Of a stretch of DNA of 64,000 nucleotides, positions 19,002 to 28,774 are shown piece by piece. Below the pieces are notes generated by a model. It was given only the letters and a program-made list of their open reading frames with translations, had not been told where the DNA came from and searched no databases. This stretch comes from Terriglobia bacterium (GTDB lineage: Bacteria > Acidobacteriota > Terriglobia > JAJPHL01 > JAPKYU01): positions 64,001-128,000 of the forward strand of contig CBDCVK010000006.1 in NCBI GenBank assembly GCA_965223005.1. Reading direction: 5' to 3'. A program made the position numbers and the translations under genes. Numbering within the stretch: the first letter of the stretch is position 1; every line of letters starts with the position of its first letter.

Positions 19002-20440
19002 GAGAGTGTCTCACCTTTAGTTGAAAGTCGAGCGGCGGTTCGCTGACCTGGTTCCGTAGAATCGGGTTGGGAAACTTTCTGGAAAGGGGAACCGCCGTGC
19101 AGAGAAGCTACCACATCCTAGGCCGGAGCGATAGCCGAAGCTCCCGCAAACTGGCTGCCTACCTGGCTCGCCACGGGCAGTTTCTGCTGCCCTGGGTGGA
19201 GTTGATCGAACAATCGCGGTTAGCCGTCGACGAGCTGATCGACGTGGTGGGTAGGGCGGCGATTGAAGCGGTGCTGGAGTTGTCGGCCGCGCAGGTGGCC
19301 GGTCCACGCCGTCAGGGCCGGCGGCGCCGTGGGGTAGGCTGGTATGGGCGCCAGCGGGGACGGGTGCGCCTGAAGGAGAGAAAGCTGGCCGTGCACAGGC
19401 CACGGCTCCGGCGGCCAGGCCGGGGAGCGGGGAAAGAAGTTCCCCTCCCGGCCTACGAAGCCATGCAGGAGGGCGAGGGTCTGGGGGCCCGGATGTTGGA
19501 TATCTTGCTGCGGGGCGTCTCGACCCGGCAGTACCAGCGGGTGTTGCCGGAGATGGCGGACACCGTGGGTGTGTCGCGCTCCACGGTCAGCCGGGAAACG
19601 ATGGAGGCTGCCGCAGCCGAGTTAGAACGTCTGTTGAACCGCCGCTTCGAGGAAGTAGAGTTGCTGATCCTCTACATCGACGGGATGGTGTTTGGCGACC
19701 ATCACGTGATTGCGGCTGTGGGCGTGGATGCGGAAGGGCACAAGCACGTGCTGGGGATTCAGGAGGGGGCTACGGAGAACGCCGCGGCCGTCCAGGACTT
19801 GCTGGAAGGTTTAGTGCGGCGAGGGGTGCAGCCGGCCCAGAAACGGCTGTTTGTGATCGACGGCTCGAAGGCCTTGCGGGCGGCGATCCGCGCCGTGTTC
19901 GGGGCCGAGCAGCCGGTGCAGCGCTGCCGCGCCCACAAGTTGCGCAACGTCCTGGACCGGTTGCCGGAGCCAGAGCGGGACCAGGTGCGGGCGGCGATGC
20001 GGGCCGCCTGGCGGTTGGATCCGAAGACCGGCAGGGCCAAGCTGGAGAAGTTGGCCCAATGGTTGGAGCGAGATTGTCCGGCCGCGGCGGCCAGCTTGCG
20101 GGAGGGTCTGGAGGAATGTTTCACCATCAACCGGCTGGGGCTTCCGGCTTCGCTGCATCGCTGTCTGGCCACCACCAATCTCATCGAGAGTCCGCAGGCG
20201 GGAGTGAGGTTGCGAACTCGCCGGGTGTGCCGCTGGCGGGATGCGGCCATGGTCCAGCGCTGGGTCGCCTCCAGCTTCCTGGCCACGGAGAAAAACTTCC
20301 GCCGCCTGATGGGGTACCAGGACCTGTGGATGTTGAAAGCGATCCTCGAAGGATCAAAGTCGGCCACTCGACGGGAGGTGGCGTAGTATGATGGCTCCGA
20401 ACCGCCGCTACGAACTTTCAACTGAGTTCAGGACACCCTC
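19002..20440 (+). mobile_element. Complete IS256-family insertion sequence (1439 bp)
   Basis: Imperfect ~41-bp terminal IRs (GAGAGTGTC..AGTTGAAAGT..AGCGGCGGTTCG / GAGGGTGTC..AGTTGAAAGT..AGCGGCGGTTCG); 8-bp TSD GTGCTGAT at 18994-19001 and 20441-20448. Confidence 0.95.
19067..20386 (+). CDS. IS256 (Mutator-like) transposase
   Basis: GVSTR, LYIDG, VIDGSKAL, QRCRAHKLRN, TTNLIES motifs. Confidence 0.95.
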   Translation: MGNFLERGTAVQRSYHILGRSDSRSSRKLAAYLARHGQFLLPWVELIEQSRLAVDELIDVVGRAAIEAVLELSAAQVAGPRRQGRRRRGVGWYGRQRGRVRLKERKLAVHRPRLRRPGRGAGKEVPLPAYEAMQEGEGLGARMLDILLRGVSTRQYQRVLPEMADTVGVSRSTVSRETMEAAAAELERLLNRRFEEVELLILYIDGMVFGDHHVIAAVGVDAEGHKHVLGIQEGATENAAAVQDLLEGLVRRGVQPAQKRLFVIDGSKALRAAIRAVFGAEQPVQRCRAHKLRNVLDRLPEPERDQVRAAMRAAWRLDPKTGRAKLEKLAQWLERDCPAAAASLREGLEECFTINRLGLPASLHRCLATTNLIESPQAGVRLRTRRVCRWRDAAMVQRWVASSFLATEKNFRRLMGYQDLWMLKAILEGSKSATRREVA

Positions 20441-20830
20441 GTGCTGATTGCTGATGACTACAGCGTGCTGCTCCACGGCGAAGGCCGCGTATGTAGTCCC
20501 GAGCATCGACACACACAACACCAGAATCTTGCTTCTCATGGAATGCGTCCCGAAGGCTCGAGGAGAATCGCCGTTCTCCAGCATACTGGGCTGCCGCGGA
20601 GGGTGGCAAGTGCAGGCGCGCTCGGAAATGACCGCAGGTGCCATTCGCTATACGCTTTGATCCGATGCTTTCTACCCGTGAGCTGCAGCTTGGCGCCACC
20701 GAGTCTTTCCGGCAAAGGGAATAAAGTGAATCTTCCGGCCGGCATCCTGTGTCAAACTGATGTGCTTGTTTCCGGGTCGATTCCGGGCGTAGCGGTGAGT
20801 ATTGTCGCCCGGAAGAGTCGAAGAAACCCC

Positions 20831-21475
20831 ATGGCGGTTCCGAAGAACCAAGCAGAACTAGCGGCGAAGAGCGCTCCGCAGGTGGATGAGGATGCCAGTC
20901 TGGTGTCTCGAGTGCAGAGCGGGGACACGGATGCATTCGAAGGGCTCGTTCGGCGCCACCAGGGACGCGTCTACCGCACACTGATTGGCATTACCGGCAA
21001 TCGCGAGGACGCCGAGGACAGTACGCAGAACGCTTTCCTGAAGGCGTTTCAGCACATCGGGGAGTTCCAGGCAGCCGCCAAGTTTTCCACCTGGCTGACA
21101 CGTATCGCCATCAACGAGGGGTTGCAGCAGCTGCGCAAACGCAAGAGCATGGAGAGCCTGGATGAGCCGGAGACGGACAGCGATCAGGGGTTTCGCCCGC
21201 GCCAGGTGCAGGCTTGGGAGGACAGTCCCGAACAGGCGTACTCTAAAGCAGAGATGCGTGAGCTGGTGGAGGGAGAACTGATGAAGCTTCCTCTCAAGTA
21301 TCGGTCGGTGGTTATGCTGCGCGACCTGGAACAGCTCTCCACCGAGGAGGCGGGGGCCGCCCTGGGGCTAACCGCTCCAGCCTTGAAGACGCGCCTGCTT
21401 CGCGGTCGCCTGATGCTGCGTGAGGCGCTGGCTCCGCACTTTCAGCGCAAACGCGGGGAGGGTAATCGTGCTTAG
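20831..21475 (+). CDS. ECF sigma factor (sigma-70 group 4)
   Basis: DAEDSTQNAFLKAF...FSTWLTRIAIN (region 2); LP...RSVVMLRDLEQLSTEE...KTRLLRGR (region 4). Confidence 0.93.
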   Translation: MAVPKNQAELAAKSAPQVDEDASLVSRVQSGDTDAFEGLVRRHQGRVYRTLIGITGNREDAEDSTQNAFLKAFQHIGEFQAAAKFSTWLTRIAINEGLQQLRKRKSMESLDEPETDSDQGFRPRQVQAWEDSPEQAYSKAEMRELVEGELMKLPLKYRSVVMLRDLEQLSTEEAGAALGLTAPALKTRLLRGRLMLREALAPHFQRKRGEGNRA

Positions 21476-21707
21476 CTGTCGTGAAGTGATGGCGGAACTG
21501 TCCGTATATCTGGACGAGGATGTGGCCGCTGAATTGCGAAAGGACCTGGAAGCTCATCTGCAACAGTGCCGCACCTGCAGTGTCCTGTACGATTCCACAC
21601 GCAAGACTGTGCGGGTTCTCACCGAAAGCCGGTGCTTCGAGTTGCCCGTGGACCTATCTGCGCGTATCATGGCCAGGATCCGCGAGTCGAAGGAGGAACC
21701 TACATGA
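21468..21707 (+). CDS. Soluble zinc-binding (ZAS, zf-HC2) anti-sigma factor
   Basis: C...LSVYLD...HLQQCRTC (HxxxCxxC); overlaps the sigma stop. Confidence 0.88.
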   Translation: MLSCREVMAELSVYLDEDVAAELRKDLEAHLQQCRTCSVLYDSTRKTVRVLTESRCFELPVDLSARIMARIRESKEEPT

Positions 21708-22258
21708 GTTTCTTGCGCGAAGTGGAGTTGAGCGAGAAATCCTTTGGTCCCTACGCTGTCCTGCAGGAAAAGTTGGGTCTCATTCCTAACATCTTTCGTG
21801 CCCAGAGCATGCGCCCCGATTTCATCGAGGCCGAGGTCCCACTCCTGCTCAGCGTGCTCGCGAAGGAGGGCGCCCTCTCGCGGCAGCAGAAGGAGTCTAT
21901 CGCCCTGGTGTGCTCGGCGGCCCGCCTGAACACATATTGCGTGCTCATGCATGGCGAGATGCTGCGCGCCATGGGCGTCAGCGACCCCGAGCTGGAGCAA
22001 CTGGCCGCGGATCACCACTACGCCGACATCACTGAGGCGGACAAGGCTTTGTTGGATTTCGCCCTCAAGCTGACCCAGGAGCCCTCCAGCGCGAATCGCC
22101 AGGACATTGAGACATTACGTCGGCACGGCTTCACCGATGAGCAGCTTCTGGAAGCGGTGGTGATGACCGGATTTGCCAACTTTTTCAACACGCTCTCACT
22201 GGGGCTGGGTACCGCCCCCGACTTCGAACATCGGCACCTCTCCTCAGCCGGGGTTTGA
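21704..22258 (+). CDS. AhpD/carboxymuconolactone-decarboxylase-like peroxidase-related protein
   Basis: GLIPNIF, LSRQQKESIALVCS..NTYCVLMH, ALLDFALKLT, LRRHGFTDEQLLE. Confidence 0.85.
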   Translation: MSFLREVELSEKSFGPYAVLQEKLGLIPNIFRAQSMRPDFIEAEVPLLLSVLAKEGALSRQQKESIALVCSAARLNTYCVLMHGEMLRAMGVSDPELEQLAADHHYADITEADKALLDFALKLTQEPSSANRQDIETLRRHGFTDEQLLEAVVMTGFANFFNTLSLGLGTAPDFEHRHLSSAGV

Positions 22259-22350
22259 ACTCGACTACAGGTTTGTGTAGCGACACTCCTTGCGGGCAGA
22301 AGAGAGCTGCCCGGCGCGAGGCAGAGCGTCACTTACAGCTCTAGCCCTAC

Positions 22351-24057
22351 TTATACTTCTAGAATGACGGGCAGGATGAGGGGGCGGCGGGCCGTTTGCT
22401 TGTGGATAAAGCGCTTCAGGTCGCTGCGAATCTTCTCCTTGATAACGCCGTAGTCGGCTTTCTCTTCGTTGCTGGAACTCTCCAAGGTGCGCAGCACGAT
22501 CTGCCGCGCTGGCTCCAGGAAGCCATCTGGCTCGCCGATGGCGAAGCCGCGGGTGACGATCTCCGGGGGTGTTTCTACCTTCCCGGTGTGCTTGTCAATG
22601 GCCAGGATAGGCAGCACGATGCCCTGCTCGGAAAGGTGCCGGCGGTCGCGGATCACCACCTCCTCCACCACCTCGTCCACTGAGCCGGAGTCAATGCAAT
22701 GCCGGCCTACCGTGACCCGGCCCGCCTTGCGAGCACCGCGCTCGTCGAACTCCAGAACATCGCCGCTCTCGATCACAAAAGTCTCCTGTAGTCCGCCGGC
22801 CGCCGACTCGGAAGCCCCGGGGCGAGCTGGAGCGCCACGCACCTGCTGAGCCAGTTCGGCGTGCCGGCACAGCTGCCGGTACTCGCCATGGATGGGGATG
22901 AAGAAGCGCGGCTTCACCAGATTTAGCATCAGTTTCAGCTCTTCCTGGCTGCCGTGCCCGGAGACGTGCACCGGGCGCGAGGAGACATCCTCGTAGACCA
23001 CATGGGCGCCCCGCCGGAACAGGTGGTCCATCATGCGAAAGATGGCCTTCTCGTTGCCAGGGATGACGCGCGCGGACAGCACCACGGAATCGCCGGCCTC
23101 AACAACCGCGTGGCGGTGATTGTTCACCGCAGCCCTCGACAGCGCCGACATCGGCTCGCCTTGGCTGCCAGCGATCAAAGCCGCCACTCGGTTGCGGCTG
23201 GTCTGGGACAGGTCCGCCGGCCGGAGCAGTAGGCCGTCGGGGATTTTCAGGTAGCCCATGCGGTGCGCGATCTCCGAGGTGTTCATCATGCTGCGTCCGA
23301 AAAGGGCCAACTTGCGGTCATACTGGGAAGCCAGGTCCACCACCAGTTGAAGCCTGTGCACCGAACTGGAAAAGCAGGAAATCAGTATGCGCCCGGTGGC
23401 ATCGGCAAAAATCTCCTCTAGGCCGCCGCGTACCGCCCGCTCCGAAGGCGTGAACCCGGACCGCTCCACGTTGGTCGAGTCGGAGAACAGCGCCAACACG
23501 CCCTGCTTGCCCCACTCGGCCACGCTGTGCAAGTCAAATAGTTCGTTGTCAGTGGGTGTGGGATCCACCTTGAAATCGCCGCTGTGCACGACCACACCGA
23601 GCGGTGTGCGGATCGCCAGCATCACGCAAGCTATCGTGCTGTGGGTGACGTGGATGAACTGAATCTGGAATGGTCCGATTTCCACGCTTTCGCCAGAACG
23701 CACCTGATGCCGGTCGACCTGCTCGAGCAGCCCATGCTCTTCCAGCCGGCGCTCGAGCATGGCTAGAGTGAATGCCGTTCCGTACACCGGCATATTCATC
23801 TCGGCCAGCAAGAACGGCGTCGCCCCGACGTGGTCCTCGTGGCAGTGGGTGAGAATCAGAGCCCGGACCTGCTGCCGGTTTTCCAGCAAGAAGCTGATGT
23901 CCGGGATTACCAAGTCCACGCCCAGCAATTCGACGTCGGGGAACATCAGGCCGGCGTCAATGACGATCATGTCGTCACCGTAGCGCAGTGCCATCATGTT
24001 CATGCCGAACTCCCCCAGACCGCCAAGGGGGATAACCTGTAGCTTGCGTTCCGCCAT
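22351..24057 (-). CDS. rnj: Ribonuclease J
   Basis: IPLGGLGEFGMNM; THCHEDHVG; GSQGEPMSAL; HVSGH; PIHGEYRQL. Confidence 0.97.
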   Translation of the reverse strand: MAERKLQVIPLGGLGEFGMNMMALRYGDDMIVIDAGLMFPDVELLGVDLVIPDISFLLENRQQVRALILTHCHEDHVGATPFLLAEMNMPVYGTAFTLAMLERRLEEHGLLEQVDRHQVRSGESVEIGPFQIQFIHVTHSTIACVMLAIRTPLGVVVHSGDFKVDPTPTDNELFDLHSVAEWGKQGVLALFSDSTNVERSGFTPSERAVRGGLEEIFADATGRILISCFSSSVHRLQLVVDLASQYDRKLALFGRSMMNTSEIAHRMGYLKIPDGLLLRPADLSQTSRNRVAALIAGSQGEPMSALSRAAVNNHRHAVVEAGDSVVLSARVIPGNEKAIFRMMDHLFRRGAHVVYEDVSSRPVHVSGHGSQEELKLMLNLVKPRFFIPIHGEYRQLCRHAELAQQVRGAPARPGASESAAGGLQETFVIESGDVLEFDERGARKAGRVTVGRHCIDSGSVDEVVEEVVIRDRRHLSEQGIVLPILAIDKHTGKVETPPEIVTRGFAIGEPDGFLEPARQIVLRTLESSSNEEKADYGVIKEKIRSDLKRFIHKQTARRPLILPVILEV

Positions 24058-24204
24058 GGGTTTCATCCTAGCACAGACGAAGGATGCGGACCGGCCGCAT
24101 GGGCCGGCGTGCTACACTGTGCTCCTTTTCCCGCATTCTCCACGCGCCTCAGTAGTGGAGTGTTTGTCCCAGACACTGCCGAGGTCGCGTTGCCGGAGCG
24201 AACG

Positions 24205-25401
24205 GTGAAAGCTGAAGAGTCACAGATTACGCTCGTTCCCCAAGGCTTCCGATTCGCGGCCGTCACGGCCGGGCTGCGCAGCGGCGAAGGCGCAGACCTG
24301 GCCCTGATCATGTCGGAGAGGCCCGCCGCAGCCGCCGGAGTCTTCACCACGAACCTGGTAGCGGCGGCTCCAGTGGTGCTCTCACGGGCGCACTTGCGTG
24401 CCAGCGGCGGTATTGCGCGGGCAATCGTCGCCAACGCGGGCAACGCGAATTGTGCTACGCGCAACGGGCGCCGGGTGGCCGAACGCTCTGCTATGGCCAC
24501 AGCGAGCTTTTTGGGCATTCCCCGCTCAGAGGTGCTGGTCGCGTCGACGGGAGTCATCGGCGTGCCACTAGAAGAGGATCGCATTCCGAATGCGCTGCCG
24601 CGGCTGGTCAAAGAGTTGGCGCCGGAGCGGTTCGCAGAGGTTGCGTCAGCGATCCTGACTACTGATACGCGTCCCAAGCTGGCGTTCCGGCAAGTTCCAG
24701 GGAGGGGAGGACGCAACCCGGTGCGCCTGCTGGGAATGGCCAAGGGTGCGGGAATGATTCACCCCCGGATGGCGACTATGCTGGCGTTTGTGCTGACCGA
24801 CGCAGCGTTACCGACGCCAAAACTACGGCGGCTCACCAGGGCTGCCGTGGCGCGTACCTTCAATCGCATTTCGGTGGATGGGGACACTTCCACCAACGAC
24901 ACCGTGTTCGTGCTGGCCAACGGTAGTGCCGGACCGGTTGCGGAGCAGCGCCTGGCTGAAGCTCTCGAGGCGACTATGGGGGAATTGGCGAAAGCGATCG
25001 CCGCGGACGGAGAAGGGGCACGGCGGCTGGTGCAAGTCCAGGTGCGTGGAGCGCAGACGGAGAGGGAAGCCGAGTTGATCGCCCGCGCGGTCGCCAACTC
25101 TCCCCTGGTCAAGACAGCGATTGCCGGCGGTGACCCGAACTGGGGACGCATCTTGTCCGCCGCTGGCGCCTCCGGCGCGCCGCTCAATCCGGCGCTTGTC
25201 CATGTCTCGCTGAACGGCACGACGGTTTGTCGGCGCGGCCAAGCTGCTCCCTTTGACGAGGAGGCCCTGCAGGCCGGCCTGAGAGCTGCTCGCGAGGTGC
25301 AGATTCACTTGAATGTGGGGCGGGGCCGCGCTCGTGTGTGCTTTTGGACCTGCGACCTCACCGAGCAGTACATCCACATCAACGCCAGCTACCGCACTTG
25401 A
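24205..25401 (+). CDS. argJ: Bifunctional ornithine acetyltransferase/N-acetylglutamate synthase
   Basis: NAGNANCAT; STGVIG; KGAGMIHPRMATML; DGDTSTND; DPNWGRI. Confidence 0.96.
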   Translation: MKAEESQITLVPQGFRFAAVTAGLRSGEGADLALIMSERPAAAAGVFTTNLVAAAPVVLSRAHLRASGGIARAIVANAGNANCATRNGRRVAERSAMATASFLGIPRSEVLVASTGVIGVPLEEDRIPNALPRLVKELAPERFAEVASAILTTDTRPKLAFRQVPGRGGRNPVRLLGMAKGAGMIHPRMATMLAFVLTDAALPTPKLRRLTRAAVARTFNRISVDGDTSTNDTVFVLANGSAGPVAEQRLAEALEATMGELAKAIAADGEGARRLVQVQVRGAQTEREAELIARAVANSPLVKTAIAGGDPNWGRILSAAGASGAPLNPALVHVSLNGTTVCRRGQAAPFDEEALQAGLRAAREVQIHLNVGRGRARVCFWTCDLTEQYIHINASYRT

Positions 25402-25527
25402 TGTGCTTCCTGTTCCGCAGATTGGAACAGATTGAAAATCCAAGCCTGGGACCCGTCAGTTTGTGTTTGGAATGTCATCGGAGGCGGCCGTTTATCGGAG
25501 AAGCTGCGAAATCTGCGGATTGTTTGC

Positions 25528-26328
25528 TTATCGGCGGCTATGTTGCTTCAGCAATTTGTACAGGGTAACGAATTCCTCCAGACTTAGCATCTCCGCGCGA
25601 GTGGTTGAACCTCGTCCTAAGACTTCTAGGGCATCACTGATCCGCTGGGGCGAGTAACGGCCCTTCAGGTTGTTACGCAGTGTCTTGCGTTTCTGCTGAA
25701 AGCAGGCACGCACGAAAGCGAAGAAGCCCTGCCGGTCCTCAAGGCCGAGTTCCACGTCGCGACGCGCTACTGTCATGCGCACGAGTGCCGATTCCACCTT
25801 GGGTGGCGGACGAAAGGCGGTCGGGCGAATGCGAAACAGCAGTTCGGGATGCGTATGGCATTGGGTGGTCACCGAAAGCAAGCCGTAGTCGCGGCTGCCC
25901 GGAACAGCCGTAAGGCGCTCGGCCACTTCCCGCTGGACCATCACCACGATTTCCTCCAGCCTGTCGGCGAACTCAAACAGCCGCATCAGGATGGGGGAGG
26001 TGATGTAGTAGGGAAGATTGCCCACTGCGTGGGCGCGTGTATAGCCCAACTCGGCTACGAGGGAGGGCAGCGGCACTTGCAGGATATCAGCCTCCACGAC
26101 GCGTACCCGGGGATGTCCGGCAAACTTTTTTCGCAGGAAGGCTACTAGGTGCGGATCCACTTCAATAGCGGCCACCCGCCCGGCCCGCTCGGCCAGAAGC
26201 TGGGTCAGGCCACCGCGCCCGGCGCCGATTTCCACCACCAGAAACTCCGGCTGGAGTCGTAGCGCCTCTACGATCCGGCGCTGGACATGGTGGTCGATCA
26301 GAAAATGCTGCCCGAGCCTAGGAGCCAT
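25528..26328 (-). CDS. rsmA: 16S rRNA m6,2A dimethyltransferase KsgA
   Basis: LGQHFL; EIGAGRG; GNLPYYITSPI; FRPPPKVES; RKTLRNNL. Confidence 0.96.
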   Translation of the reverse strand: MAPRLGQHFLIDHHVQRRIVEALRLQPEFLVVEIGAGRGGLTQLLAERAGRVAAIEVDPHLVAFLRKKFAGHPRVRVVEADILQVPLPSLVAELGYTRAHAVGNLPYYITSPILMRLFEFADRLEEIVVMVQREVAERLTAVPGSRDYGLLSVTTQCHTHPELLFRIRPTAFRPPPKVESALVRMTVARRDVELGLEDRQGFFAFVRACFQQKRKTLRNNLKGRYSPQRISDALEVLGRGSTTRAEMLSLEEFVTLYKLLKQHSRR

Positions 26329-26433
26329 GGCTGCTATTTCATCACGGCTGGGTCAAGCCGGAGACACGAGAGTGTGCCCCTCGGACCTGTGGTACAGTGT
26401 CCGGTTCATATGGATCAGTAGGAACGTTACAAG

Positions 26434-27897
26434 ATGCGCATCCTGATGGCGGCGTCGGAGGGGGTGCCGTTTTCCAAAACAGGTGGATTGGCCGATGTGA
26501 TGGGGGCTTTACCCCAGGCTATTGCCCGATTGGGTCACGAGGTGGCGGTGGTTCTGCCCCGCTACCGTACGACACCGCTGGACACGCTGCGCCCTGTGTT
26601 GCCCAGCCTGACAATCCCGTTGGGGCGGAAGCTCCACTTCCCCGCAGTGCTGGCGGGTCCCCCGAAGGACGGTCTTCGCACATTCTTCATTGACTACCCA
26701 CCGTACTTTGACCGATCGGCCCTTTATGGCACCTCGGAAGCCGGCGACTACCCGGACAACGCCGAGCGCTTCGCGCTGTTTTCTCGCGCCGTACTGGAAA
26801 CGGCCAAGTTGCTGTTCCCGACCGATATGGTGCATTGCCACGACTGGCAGACAGGCTTGGTTCCAGTGTTGCTGAAAACGGCCTACGCCGAGGATCCGGC
26901 GTTGAAAAATGCCGCCACCCTGTTTACCCTTCATAACCTGGGCTATCAGGGGCTGTTTCCTGCCGAAGTGCTGGAGCGGATCGGCCTGGGCCGGGACCTG
27001 TTCACCATTGATGGCTTGGAGTTTTTCGGCAAGATGAACTTCCTCAAGGGAGCGTTGCTCTACGCCGACTTCGTGAACACGGTCAGCAAAGCCTACACTG
27101 ACGAGATTCAGACGGCCGACTACGGCTTTGGCCTGCACAGCGTTCTCCGGCTCCGGTCGGCGGCGCTGGCAGGTATCCTGAACGGCGTGGACTACACGAC
27201 CTGGAATCCTGCCACCGACCCCTACATTGCTGCCAGCTATACCCCAGAAGACCTCAGCGGCAAACGCATTTGCAAGAAAGACCTGCTGAAGGAATTTCGG
27301 TTGCCCGCAAGGAACCTGGATCGGCCTCTGATTGGAATCGTATCGCGCTTGACAGCACAGAAAGGGGCCGATCTGGTTGCCGAAGTCGCCGGGGTTCTCG
27401 CCCAGGAGGACTTCTATCTGGTCGTTCTGGGGGCGGGCGACAAGCCATACGAGACCCTTTTTCGTCGCCTGGCGCGGCAGTACCCGCGCAAGATTGCGGT
27501 CCGGATCGCCTACGACAACGTTCTGGCCCACAAGATTGAAGCGGGCGCGGACACGTTCCTGATGCCTTCCCGCTACGAGCCCTGCGGCCTGAGCCAGATT
27601 TACAGCCTCAAGTACGGGACCGTGCCCATCGTTCGTGCCACCGGCGGCCTGGACGACACCATCGAGCCCTACCACTCTCGTACGCGCACCGGCACGGGCT
27701 TCAAATTTCGCATATACTCAGGGCAGGCCCTGCTGGAAACGGTGCGGCGGGCACTTCGCGTCTACCGGAACCGGGCCACGTGGCACCGTCTCATGCGGAA
27801 TGGCATGAGGAAGGACTTTTCCTGGGATGTTTCAGCTAGGGAGTATGTCGCCGTCTACGAGAAGGTTGTCCGCACCGGGCGGGCGGCTGCCGGCTGA
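26434..27897 (+). CDS. glgA: Glycogen synthase
   Basis: KTGGLADV; HCHDWQT; HNLGYQG; PSRYEPCGL; TGGLDDT. Confidence 0.96.
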   Translation: MRILMAASEGVPFSKTGGLADVMGALPQAIARLGHEVAVVLPRYRTTPLDTLRPVLPSLTIPLGRKLHFPAVLAGPPKDGLRTFFIDYPPYFDRSALYGTSEAGDYPDNAERFALFSRAVLETAKLLFPTDMVHCHDWQTGLVPVLLKTAYAEDPALKNAATLFTLHNLGYQGLFPAEVLERIGLGRDLFTIDGLEFFGKMNFLKGALLYADFVNTVSKAYTDEIQTADYGFGLHSVLRLRSAALAGILNGVDYTTWNPATDPYIAASYTPEDLSGKRICKKDLLKEFRLPARNLDRPLIGIVSRLTAQKGADLVAEVAGVLAQEDFYLVVLGAGDKPYETLFRRLARQYPRKIAVRIAYDNVLAHKIEAGADTFLMPSRYEPCGLSQIYSLKYGTVPIVRATGGLDDTIEPYHSRTRTGTGFKFRIYSGQALLETVRRALRVYRNRATWHRLMRNGMRKDFSWDVSAREYVAVYEKVVRTGRAAAG

Positions 27898-27965
27898 ACT
27901 TCCCCTATCGGCAAAACCGGCGCGACTTTTTCCCGGTGCCGGTCATCTAATAGTTCGGAGGAGAA

Positions 27966-28298
27966 ATGGCGCCCAATGTAGTAGAACTAACGGATCAGAA
28001 TTTTGAAACTGAAGTATTGCAAGCCAAAATCCCGGTCCTGGTGGATTTCTGGGCCGAATGGTGTGGGCCCTGCCGGGTTCTGGCGCCCACGGTGGAGGCC
28101 GTGGCCAATGAGTACGTGGGTAAAGTCAAGGTCGCCAAGCTCAATGTGGACGAGAACGTGGCCACAGCTTCGCGTTACAGAATTCAGGGCATCCCCACCT
28201 TGTTGCTGTTCAAGGATGGCGAAATTCGCGAGCAACTGGTAGGCTCCCAGCCCAAGTCGGTGCTGGAAAAAACCCTTAGCCAGCACCTCAATACGTAA
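27966..28298 (+). CDS. trxA: Thioredoxin
   Basis: VDFWAEWCGPC; IPTL. Confidence 0.96.
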   Translation: MAPNVVELTDQNFETEVLQAKIPVLVDFWAEWCGPCRVLAPTVEAVANEYVGKVKVAKLNVDENVATASRYRIQGIPTLLLFKDGEIREQLVGSQPKSVLEKTLSQHLNT

Positions 28299-28410
28299 AA
28301 AGATCGCCAGAGAAATTGGCTGGAGCGTGCGGCTTCCTGTTTCGCGCCGGTGAACGGCGCCGAGGGGGAAGTGCAGGCTGCGCGTGCTATACTGCTGCCC
28401 GGGCCAGATC

Positions 28411-28486
28411 GGGCGTGTAGCTCAGCTGGGAGAGCGCGGCGTTCGCAACGCTGAGGTCAGGGGTTCGAATCCCCTCACGTCCACCA
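28411..28486 (+). tRNA. tRNA-Ala (CGC)
   Basis: 76-nt cloverleaf, anticodon loop TTCGCAA, G3:U70 pair, CCA end; TGcTATACT extended -10 upstream. Confidence 0.97.
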
Positions 28487-28774
28487 TTGCTTTCAATCAC
28501 TTGCGAGCCAAAAGAGGTTCCGAACTGTTGTTCGCGGCAGCACCAGCCAGTTGACTCGAGGAATGCCTAGGGTTCTGGCCGCCGACTTGATGTGTTGACG
28601 CAGGATGTCTTACAATCCCGTCCTGATTGAGTTGGCGTCGGCAGATCATAGTTGGAGTGGATTCGGCGCCATCAGCCTTGGCTTCGGTACGGCGCGCGCT
28701 ATTCTGTGAGTGGAATGTCCATTGGCCTTATTTAACACTAGGCACAAAAACCAGTCGCACAAAAGGAGGTTTCA

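Larger units (their letters stand above)
18184..20539 (-). pseudogene. Secreted SH3-like/helical-repeat protein gene disrupted by IS256
   Basis: Removing 19002-20448 joins signal peptide MRSKILVLCVSMLGTTYAAFAVEQHAVVISNQH in frame to LYRKADLESKTVGRL...(SH3b-like, then BamD/TPR-like helices). Confidence 0.85.

Noticed and set aside
20441-20830. 130-aa N-terminal extension of the ECF sigma ORF
   Set aside because: It begins at the IS target duplication and overlaps the opposite-strand signal-peptide fragment; sigma-like sequence starts near ATG 20831.
26509-27675. Long antisense ORFs (388 aa opposite glgA; similar ones opposite nadB, mlaE and ctpA)
   Set aside because: These are expected shadows of high-GC codon usage and carry no protein motifs.
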